NCBI GenBank assembly: GCA_964252035.1
Contig: OZ176203.1
Strand: one strand, 5' to 3'
DNA from: Podarcis erhardii
Lineage: Eukaryota
DNA: 64,000 nt
The notes below the pieces were generated by a model. It worked only from the letters and a program-made list of their open reading frames with translations, did not search any database and was not told the DNA's origin. Positions 54,245-64,000 of this stretch are shown piece by piece (positions within the stretch are counted from its first letter, which is position 1; each line of letters begins with the position of its first letter). Made by a program: the position numbers and the translations under genes.

Positions 54245-54543
54245 ACCCCCATCATTCAGTCTGGACACTGAGGTCCAGCTCCAAGGACCTTCTGGCGAGT
54301 CCCTCCCTGCAAGAAGTGAGGTTACAGAGAACCAGGCAGAGGGCCTTCTTGGTAGTGGCACCCGCCCTGTGGAACGCCCTCCCATCAGATGTGAAGGAAA
54401 TAAACAACTATCTAACTTTTAGAAGACATCTGAAGACAGTCCTGTTTAGGGAAGTTTTTAATGTTTGATGTTTTATCGTGTTTTTAATATTCTGTTGGGA
54501 GCCACCCAGAGTGGCTGAGAAACTCAACCAGATGGGTGGGGTA
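54245..54543 (+). mobile_element. L2 3' fragment, family of the 24739 element, followed by (GT)n
   Basis: GGACACTGAGGTCCAGCTCC...TTTAGGGAAGTTTTTAATGT...CCAGATGGGTGGGGTA matches the full copy. Confidence 0.85.
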
Positions 54544-54653
54544 TGTATGTGTGTGTGTGTGTATGTGTGTGTGTGTGTGTGCATAAATAATAATTTAGTG
54601 TGTTGTTGGATGAACACTTTTTGAGGGTGGGGAATTTGTACATCGTTCTTTTA

Positions 54654-54875
54654 CTGTGGTACCTCAGGTTACAGACACTTCAGGTTACAGACGCTTCAGG
54701 TTACAGACTCCGCTAACCCAGAAATAGTACCTCAGGTTAAGAACTTTGCTTCAGGATGAGAACAGAAATTGTGCAGTGACAGCGGGAGGCCACGTTAGCT
54801 AAAGTGGTCAAGAACAGTTTCAGGTTAAGAACGGACCTCCAGAATTAATTACGTTCCTAACCCGAGGTACCACTG
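54654..54875 (-). mobile_element. Tc1/mariner MITE, family A
   Basis: TIRs with one mismatch, TA duplication. Confidence 0.88.
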
Positions 54876-56162
54876 TATTTTGAGTTGGTTTTTAATTGAT
54901 TTTGTTTATAATTTTTATTTTTGTTTAAAGCAACAAACAAATGCAGTAAATAACATTTTTCCAGACCATGGAATGTGACTTAATGCCTTGGTTCTTCAGC
55001 ATAATATTTATCAAGGGCATCTGGCAGATAGGTGCTGTGCACAGAAGTAGACATGAGCTCTACCCACAGGTCTGCACACAAAAGCAAATATGACATTTGA
55101 GGAAAGCAAGGGAGGGCCAGGAAATATGTAAAGAAGAGGACTAGTTCTCAGAAATGACACGCTGCTTGCATCTGAAATATCACGCCTTTAAGATGCTTCT
55201 GGTGGGATGCAGATATCATTATTCATTTAAGAAAATGCTGGATCTTGTGCATGTGACAGTATCTGAAGCATAGCACATCAGATTTAAAACCTCCATGTGA
55301 GCTTATCTTCAGTTCAAAAAGGGGAGGGAGAATGATAAGTAGAATCCTGTGTTGTTTTCTCCCGACATATTTTGAATTGAAGTTCTGAAGCTTCAGTTGT
55401 TTCAGACCTTTTTGTGTGGAGCTGTGTTTCACGCAGAGCAATTGGAGGACTGCACTGTAAACAGATATAATTAAATGATTAACAGTCAGTGTCCATGATG
55501 TTTTTGCCTTCAGGGGCTTCCCCTTTTTCAGTTGAATTAGCCTTGCTAATGTCAAAGGAAGTGATAACTCGAACCGCAGGCAATCTGTCTGTGCAGTTGT
55601 CAAATTTCTTGTTTCTGAATTCTGCAAATATGAAACCTGCAATCTTTCCAGAGACCTTTCTGCTCCAGTATTGCTAACTAACACACACACACACACATTT
55701 TATATGCCACGAATCCTCAGGAGAGACGAGCGTCATCTTTATTTATCAGCCTTAATCAGAGTAGGTTTAGCAAAAACTTACAGCAGTGCAATAAATCTTA
55801 CTCTGCTGGTGGGAGGATCAGAGAAAGGAAAACCCAAAGGTTGCCACAGCAGCTTGCCTTGTTGCATTAGGTTCTCTCCGGTTCCTCAAAATTCTACCTG
55901 CTTTATTTATAGCCTTCAAGCAAACCAAGGGCTGCTTCTGCACAACTTCTGTTTGTTTCAGTGAAGCCTGCAGATGAGCCTCATGCAAATGGAACTGAGT
56001 GGGAATTCGATGCCAGTCATTCTCCATGGACTACCTAAAACCTCATCAGTGAAACTGTTGAGCTTTTATTCATTTTGCCTAAACTTGTTCAGCCTTTTTC
56101 TGCAAAATTGCAAAGAAATTGGATGTTTCTGAGCTATTTCTGAGGAAAAATGCACTGCCAAC

Positions 56163-56268
56163 ATGGGCTGCCATACGTCCAGTTTTCCCAGACATTTAGC
56201 TGATTTCTGCCCAGACACTGCTTGTATTCCGGATATGTTTGGGAAATTCTGGACGTATGGCAACCCTA
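56163..56268. mobile_element. Short TIR element (hAT-like MITE)
   Basis: GGGCTGCCATACGTCCAG / CTGGACGTATGGCAACCC inverted ends. Confidence 0.7.
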
Positions 56269-58090
56269 GAACTACCCACATGTCAGATGGGGTCCTATTG
56301 TTTATAAGTCCAAAGAGAATGTCGCTCCTTTCCATCACCTGTTGCACTGTCTGTGTGGGGCTCATGAGGAATGTGCCTGTGGCCCTGCTGTTTCACCAGG
56401 TGTAGGGATTTCCACTTCTCGTTTGTAGACGCAAGTTCTGAGTCACACCTCTTGATCGCCAGGTGCACCACTGCAGTAAACCCTCAGATGTCAAATGGGA
56501 AACCTTCAAAGCAACTGTGGGAGGCAGTGGCATTTTTGTTCTTATTTTTCTCAAGCATTGTTGGCGTTGTTTTTAAGTGTACGCCAACTGAAAAGACACT
56601 GAGGTGATTATCTCCATAGGAAATGTAGGAGCAGTGTGGCATTGCTTTGGGGTTTACTCCATCGTGAGTGAAGGGTGGGCATCTTGTTTGGCCCTCCATA
56701 ATGCTGCTGAAGTCCTAACACCCATAAGCACCTGCCAGTATGTCTAATAGTGATGGTAGGAGATGTAGTTCTGCAACATCTTGGAAGGCCACGGGTTACC
56801 TAACTGTGCTATTCAACTTCTCTTAATTCCTGGAGGTATACTACTCTTAGTTCCTATACCACTGAGAATGAGGCACGTTTACTCAGAACAAAGTCCCCAG
56901 TCATAAGTCTGCTTATGATTGAGCCCTAAATGATTAACTAGAGGAAAATAAGAGACTCAAAATATTTTCCAGTTGCATCACTGTTTCTTAAAGATCTCCA
57001 TAAGAAGAGAGTTATGCTAATGAAACCAGCTATTTATTTATTTTTTAATGTTAGTAGCACAGACCAATTCCATTTTATTCACAAGTTGAAAGATGCATTG
57101 TATAGTCCTCCACACAGCGATATCACTTTGGTTTCTCAACAAAGTGGTTTACCAGCACCACCCACAAATTTGCTTGCACAAGGAAAGCTTACATGCCAGA
57201 ATAAAAGTTGCTAGCCGAGCATTCCGTTGGAGTTGTAACTCTTCTCATACAAAGATGCTTTTATGTGGATACACTTTTCTGATTTGCATTCTGGGATAGT
57301 ACAGTCACATGGAGGCCTGTAGCACAGGTCCACCTTAACATCTATGTAACTATACACGAGGGAGAAAAGGGCAACCATTCTCACAGCCTCATGACCAAAG
57401 GGCAATTGGCGGGGGGAGTGCCAGGAGAAGACCCTGACACTGACCCCTCAAACAGATCTATCAACTACCATTTTTTAATAGTTACAGTTGCCTCTACCAG
57501 TCCATCTCTTGTAGGAATCATTATAGTTTTATATATTCAACTTGACAGAATACCTCACAGAAAAAAGAAAATCCTGTCTCCTTATGAAGCAAAATTCTTG
57601 AAAACTCACATTCCCTGACTAAATGTTTGTCTTAATAGAAGAAGGTGTACCTTGAGTTGCATCTAGAGCACTGAGGCTGTAGAAATAGGTAAGATAGAGT
57701 TTCAGTTATTAAGGGTTGCAGCTAAGACCTTTTGTTCTTGTGGTTACTTTTTGTTTCCTAACCAGTTGAGTGCTAACTTGTTCATCAATAAGCAGCCTCT
57801 TGTTCCTGTCTTGTAAGAACGTAACATAGGCGAGCAAGGAAAAAACAGTGATGGGATGTCTCATCCTGACTGCTTCAATCATAGAGGGAAACATTAGTAA
57901 CATTTACTTGCTAAATTGTGCTTGAAAATGTGGCTTGATCAGTTTCAAAGTGGATCAGAAATGAAAAAGAAAGACATTCTGGGGAGACTGGACATTTTGG
58001 AAGAGATACTATAAAATAAAACGTACACAACATTTTTAAACATTGTAAAATGTACCAGTTTATTTTACAAATTGTTTATTTAAACTATTT

Positions 58091-58152
58091 ATATACTGCT
58101 TTGCTAAATAGTCTATAAGCAATATACTGCTTTGCTAAATAGTCTCTAAGCA
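58091..58152. repeat. 31-bp tandem duplication
   Basis: ATATACTGCTTTGCTAAATAGTCT(A/C)TAAGCA x2. Confidence 0.92.
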
Positions 58153-58239
58153 ATTTACAAAGTTTCAGTAAAAAACAAAAAATATATAGTTAAAACTATA
58201 AAAACAAACTACAATTATAATGGCTGCTGGAATAACAAA

Positions 58240-58460
58240 GTCTTTAATAGGCACCAGAAATTCACTAGGGAGGGGGCCTTTATGACCATAACTGGAAGGG
58301 AAATCTATAAAATTGGGTCCATAATGCTAAACACACAGCTCCTGGTGGGTACAAACCATGCATCCAAGTCACTTCCTCCAAGAGCTCAGTGATCAGGCAG
58401 GAATATAAGGGATTAGGCAACCCTTGGAAGTACCCTGGAGCCAAATTGCTAAGGGTCTTG
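58240..58460 (-). mobile_element. Degraded L2 3' fragment
   Basis: Weak similarity to the L2 ORF end and 3'UTR. Confidence 0.4.
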
Positions 58461-60109
58461 TGAATTAATACAAGAACTTTGAACTATGAGGTATGCCTCT
58501 GAGAGCATGCACTTACTGGAATTAATTTTTATTTGGGAACAAGTGATTAGTCTTGTTCATATCTTAGAGATAAGTGCTGAGAGGTTGCTGTTCTTTCTGC
58601 TGAAATCCAAGAGACAAATTGCTATGTACAGTATGTGAACTGTTACCTTCCTTTGAGATTAGCTATGGCTCATACATATATAAAACATCTAATTGAAACT
58701 ATCCACATATCTAATATTTAATTATGCTCACTTTTTTTCCTTGTACCATATATTGCCCCCATACCTATTGCCAAAAAGAAAAGCACTTACAAAATTCCCA
58801 TAGATTACTGAAATGCTCCAACCCATCATTTGTGAATTATAGGTGTAGATACATAGGAATTTGAACAAAGTTTGGGCTTTCTTAAGAGGATTTGGAGCTG
58901 TGAAAGAGTTGAGCATATGCTTATACAGAATAACAGAGCCCAGGTTGTCACAATGTGGGCAGCAGGCTACCCACTTCTGCATCGCCAAAAAAAGAGGAAA
59001 TGCATCATTACAAAAGAGGGCACAGATCCGCATACAATTTGCTTATATAAGAATCTCTCCCCCCCCCCTTTTGGGTACTTTTCTGGGTGACCCCATGCCC
59101 GAGGTGGGCAGGGCCAGAGGCAAAAATGAGCAGAGCAATGAATGTTAATTTTAGCTTTGTACAGTAAGCTAGTTTCTATATACCGTCACAAACCCCTCTT
59201 TCTCTTCCACTCAGGCAAGCAAGGACACTTTCTAGTTCAAGGGCATATTTCAGCCAGGCAAAAACGCTCCTGGAAATGCAAAACAGGGCCAAAGAAAAAT
59301 TGGGCCTAGGAAGAGAGGTCCAGATACAGAGGTCTGGAGAGCATATGAAAATAATTATCTTAATTAAAAAATAAATACAATACATTACATCATAGTGGGG
59401 AAGACTGTGACCAGATGACTTCAAGGCTCCTGTTCTTCTATTGTATGGTACTTTTTTACTGGACTTGGGACCGGACAGCCTTTCAGATTGAGGATTGCCC
59501 ACTGTAAAGCAGGCCACATGGTCACTCTAATAGGGAGGCTAGGGAATGTAATATACCCTATGAAAATAGAGCCGAAAAAACAGCCCTATCATTAGGCAGG
59601 GTGAGGCAGTCTGTGTCAGGAGGCAGATCTGGGGCATGAAATTGCACACTGACAATTAGTTTATTACAATGTTTTAAAACTTCAGGAGATGACATCATGT
59701 TTTTGTTTCAGGCGTCGTAAAGTACAGCAAGTGGTGCCTTTCTCCTGAAGGCAACATTTCTGCAGGGGGGGGGGGGAATCATTTTCTGGTGTGCTGTAGA
59801 GCACAATTACTGTCTCTTACCCTGTGCCAAACAAATGGAGCTCCAGAACAAGGCTGGAAGACTCATGGTGCAGCAACTTTGCTAAAACTACACTGGGCTT
59901 CTGTGTGGCTGGATGGGAAACCACTGGGAATCCCAAAGATGCTATAATTAGCTTCACAGAATAAAGGTGAAATGTAAGTTTTAATACGTAATATAGAGGT
60001 CTTTCATACTCCACTTTTCACTATATAATCCCCCAGTGGGTTACAACCATACAACCTTAAAACCCAATAAAACAATTTAAAACAAGCCAGCAAACAACAG
60101 AGGTGGTCC

Positions 60110-60520
60110 CACAAATCTGAAGTGTCAGAGAAATAACAGAAACTGAATAAGGATGCCTGATGCATCTCGGTGGGGAAGGAGTTCTACACATTGGGAGCTG
60201 CCCTTTCCTAGACTGCCACCCCCCATGTTTCCAAGGGCTGTGGAAGTACTAATAGGACTCTCTGCCAATCTTAACACCTGAAAGGTTCTGTAGGGAAGCC
60301 CTTCAGATATTTGAGGCCTATGTCACTTAGCGCTTTTAACACCAATGTAAACACCTTGAATTGGGGCCGGACCCTCACTGGCAAGCAGGGCAGCTGTTTC
60401 TAAACAGGGACAATGTGCATTATAAATGAAAACTTGGCCAGCTGTGTTTTGGACTAGTTGACATTTCTGAATCTTCTTCAAGGGCAGTCCCTTGTAGAGC
60501 ACATTGCAATAATCCAATGT
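60110..60520 (-). mobile_element. Degraded L2 ORF2 3' fragment
   Basis: DYCNVLYKGLPLKKIQKCQLVQNTA matches the L2 DYCNALYMGLPLK motif. Confidence 0.75.
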
Positions 60521-61212
60521 ATTTTAGTACCATGTGACAAGTATCAGCAACTCCCCAAAGTATTGTGTGGAGGCCCTTCCTAGCCCTGGCACCTGAAATT
60601 TCTAGCTTAGGAATGATTAGCTTGGGACACTTGAGATACTTGTAGGAGTTGAAGGCCTACAAATTCTGGACGGCTACAGGTTCCTCATCCTTGTTTTAAT
60701 GAGCCAAGGACTGAACTTGGGAAGTAGATGTTCTGTGTCTGAGCTGAAGCTGCTCCTCAAGTGCATTCCAATTCTCCACGTCATTTGCAGAAAATGCTTT
60801 ATTAAGCACATTGCCACAATACTATTCAGTGTGCTGAAACTTTGCAAAAAGCTACAAGCAGCACTTTGTGTGTGACAAGCATTCACTTCCAAGGTCCACA
60901 GAGGGAGAGGCAGAAATGTAACGTTTGGGATTGAAACATTAATGAGAGCTTTCACTGTCCATCATCATTTCAGTGCTGGTGGCAGCGTCACAGCGGGAAA
61001 AATGACTGTCCTCTCCAAATGACAGGTTACAAACAGTGAGTGACAGCATAGGCTTCTTCAAATCAGTGGGGTGGGAAAATGCTCCTCCACCGAAGCTTAT
61101 CACAAGATGAAAGGCTACAGCAAAAATTTGCCCACACTTCATTAATATAACCATGAAGCTTGATCATATATTTGGACCTGTGTGACAAGTATTCCATCAC
61201 AAACCTCTACCT

Positions 61213-61372
61213 CAGCCTTTCCCAACCTGGTGCCCTCTAGACATCATTCAACTCCAACTCCCATCCGCCCCAGCCAGTACGACCAGTAGTCAGAGTTTAT
61301 GGGAGATGTACTCCACTAGCAACATCTGGAGTACATCTAGTTTGTACTAGGGCACTAGTTTGGGAAAAGCTC
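61213..61372. mobile_element. Older palindromic hAT MITE
   Basis: CAGCCTTTCCCAACCTGGTGCCCT / AGGGCACTAGTTTGGGAAAAGCT ends; degenerate 8-bp TSD. Confidence 0.7.
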
Positions 61373-61432
61373 CTCTAACCATTCAGACTAGGGATTCTAC
61401 TATGTGCTAAGACCAAAGGCCATTTCAGACTA

Positions 61433-61554
61433 TTATAATAATAATAATAATTTATTATTTGTACCCCGCCCATCTGGATGGGTTTCCCCAGCCGCTCTGG
61501 GCGGCTTCCAACAAAGACTGAAAATACATTAAAATGTCACACATTAAAAACTTC
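61433..61554 (-). mobile_element. Heavily 5'-truncated L2 (3'UTR only)
   Basis: Very similar to 24769-24900, with (TTA)n tail. Confidence 0.88.
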
Positions 61555-62119
61555 TCCATGTGCTATGCTCTCTGATTCTTCTCACATTCTTTTGCAGTAC
61601 TCCTTTAAACTGTGCATTCAGTGTCCTGGTCCTAAACTTGTGGAATTCCTTCTTGCCTGAGATTAGACAGCCTCCCACTTTGCTGAACTTCAGGGGTATC
61701 ACAGAGACTTTCTTATTCCATCAGGCATTTTAAGGTAGCATTTGGTTTTATGATAACTTTCCATTATTTTATTCTCTTTATGGTTCGCTTTTATGCATAC
61801 CACTTAGAAATGCTAATGATTAAATTTGTTTCACAAACAATCAATTTAGTAAAACACCGCTTGGTAATAATATTCCTTGGTTTCTGCACCACAATACATT
61901 GTAGAAAGCTGGCATTGAGTGTCACTGGTCCCATGGTATGGAGCAGCCTTCTAGCAGAGATTTGACAGACATCCTCGCTTTTGACTTTCAAGTGTCTCTT
62001 GAAGAACTTTTTATATTGACAGGCCTTTGCAGCTGCTTGATTTTTGTTTTCAGTTAGCCATTCACCTTAATGATTATCTGCATTTTTTAAAAAAAAAAAT
62101 GGGTTGTTTTTTTGTCCCA

Positions 62120-62270
62120 GTTACTGGAAGCCACCGGAGGGGAGAGTGCTCTTATGCTCAGGTCCTGCTTAGTGATTTCCCACAGACATCTGGTTGGCCA
62201 CAGTGAGAACAGGATGCTGGAACAGATGGACCATTAGCCTGATCCAGAAGGCTCTTCTTATGGTCTTAAC
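62120..62270 (+). mobile_element. CR1-related 3' end or SINE tail
   Basis: GATGCTGGAACAGATGGACC...CTGATCCAGAAGGCTCTTCTTATGG. Confidence 0.55.
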
Positions 62271-62458
62271 ATTCGTTGTGCACCACCTTGATATTTTATG
62301 ATCTTGTGGTATGGTAATACTTTCATAAATATTTAAAACAGGACTTCATTGGAGATAAAATCTTTATGCAAGATTATATTTTAAGAATGTTTAGGGTATC
62401 AGCAGGGAATCCCAATGCAATATAATACCTTGAAATTGTTAGCTTATCAGTGGAAGTA

Positions 62459-62700
62459 CAGTGGTACCTCGGGTTAAGTACTTAATTCGTTCCGGAGGTC
62501 CGTTCTTAACCTGAAACTGTTCTTAACCTGAAGCACCACTTTAGCTAATGGGGCCTCCTGTCACTGCCACGCCGCCAGAGCACGATTTCTGTTCTCATCC
62601 TGAAGCAAAGTTCTTAACCTGAAGCACTATTTCTGGATTAGTGGCGTCTGTAACCTGAAGCGTATGTAACCTGAAGCGTATGTAACCTGAGGTACCACTG
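62459..62700 (+). mobile_element. Tc1/mariner MITE, family A
   Basis: Perfect CAGTGGTACCTC TIRs, TA duplication. Confidence 0.9.
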
Positions 62701-64000
62701 TACACTTTTAAAGAATCAGTTAGTTTACACACTGTAGAAAGGAACCCCAAAAGCATTTTAAACCCTACGAACCAGCTCTCCTGTTTCCCCCACACAAGAA
62801 GTCCTTTATTTATGAATAGATTTGGCATGGGTGAGAAGTCGTTATTCTGATTATTCTCCAAAGTTTGACGAACATCTTCCTTTCCAGTCCTTCATGATTC
62901 TAAGGGTTCTAAAGAAAAGAAGCTCGAGTGAACAAAAACTTAGCTGACGTAAGGAATTGCATCAGGAAATAACTTTCCAAGTATCCGAGAATGCTCCATT
63001 AATGTTTCATTCCCATGTGGTACATATTTCTATTGCTTTCTGTGAATAAGTGCACATTTTCCCTCCCAAACATTTACAGGAAAAGGAAGCATTGCTGATG
63101 TTACTAATCTGGGCCTTGACTCCCCCCTTCCCATTAGACAGGACTCCCAACTACGAATATAACTACGTCACTCGGAAACACAATCGTCTTTCCACTGGTT
63201 GGGAATCTGAAACTTCAGGGGGGGAAAGCTTTACCTTCACGCAATACTTCCAGTAGCCTTATAAGGGCATGAGTACTTTCTGTTGAGCAACAACTTTCTT
63301 ATGTGGAATGTTATTTCTGTCTCATGTAAAAATACTGGCACATTCTAGCCAAACGACTAGCAGCTTTTCAGAGTAATTCAGAGGCTTAAGTTATACAGAC
63401 TCCCTCTGAAAACAGACTTCAGATAAGGCAGGAACCTGGTAAACCTTTAAGCTTAATAAATAATCTATGCTAAGCACAGGAATTTGAGGACAGGAATTCA
63501 CCAGTAGTATATTACGTATTTAAAAGATGACACTTTTAAAAAAAGCAATGAGAGTTAGTGACTGTGTTTTGTCCGACAGATTAACCAAGACAATCCCATC
63601 AGTTTAAATTACACTTAACACTGAGCTCTGAAAAACTGCAAAAAGTGAATAGAAGTGACATGATTCACCTTATTCCAGAATGGTTATCTGAAGGGAATGA
63701 GCAAAACCCAGAGGAAAGCAAGCAGACCTAAACCCTGCTGAAACTTGAATCAGCTGCTAGGTCACCAGAACTGAACCTCCTACAAGTCCTTTCTGTAACA
63801 TCAGCTACCAAAGGCTGGTGTTGTGTGACGGCCACATTGCCTCTGAGATTTGCATGGCCCATTTCGCAAACCTTCCTGATGTTGTGGGCTGCAGTTCCCA
63901 ACCAGCATAGCTGGAATGCACCAGTCTGGTGAAGACTGTCCTAGAATGCAAACTCAGTTCACATGGGGCAGTCTTGGGCTGCAGCATCACTGTAAATCCA

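Noticed and set aside
44400-64000. Possible second gene upstream of CBLB
   Set aside because: No recognisable exons on either strand; all identifiable sequence is repeat-derived. Conserved enhancers cannot be excluded without alignments.

Overview
Vertebrate genomic DNA, most likely a squamate (lizard; repeats resemble lacertid Sauria SINE, L2 and mariner-MITE families). The left two-thirds holds the 5' part of CBLB (Cbl-b E3 ubiquitin ligase) on the minus strand. Ten coding exons (41649 down to 2365) all have GT donors. The nine internal ones have canonical AG acceptors; the acceptor of the ATG-containing exon is ambiguous. They splice in frame to 1593 nt (531 codons): TKB domain, linker, RING finger and start of the Pro-rich region. 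The gene continues past position 1. A CpG-island promoter sits at about 42.4-43.7 kb, and the 20 kb beyond it has no recognisable gene. Introns and upstream DNA carry many transposons, including a nearly intact L2 ORF2 with a single +1 frameshift. The most unusual feature is two oppositely oriented Penelope-derived palindromic inserts (40546-40791, 43723-43988), each with its own target-site duplication. Each carries minimal hammerhead ribozyme motifs on both strands, and together they bracket the promoter and start codon. Repeat family names and human comparisons are from recall, not database searches.
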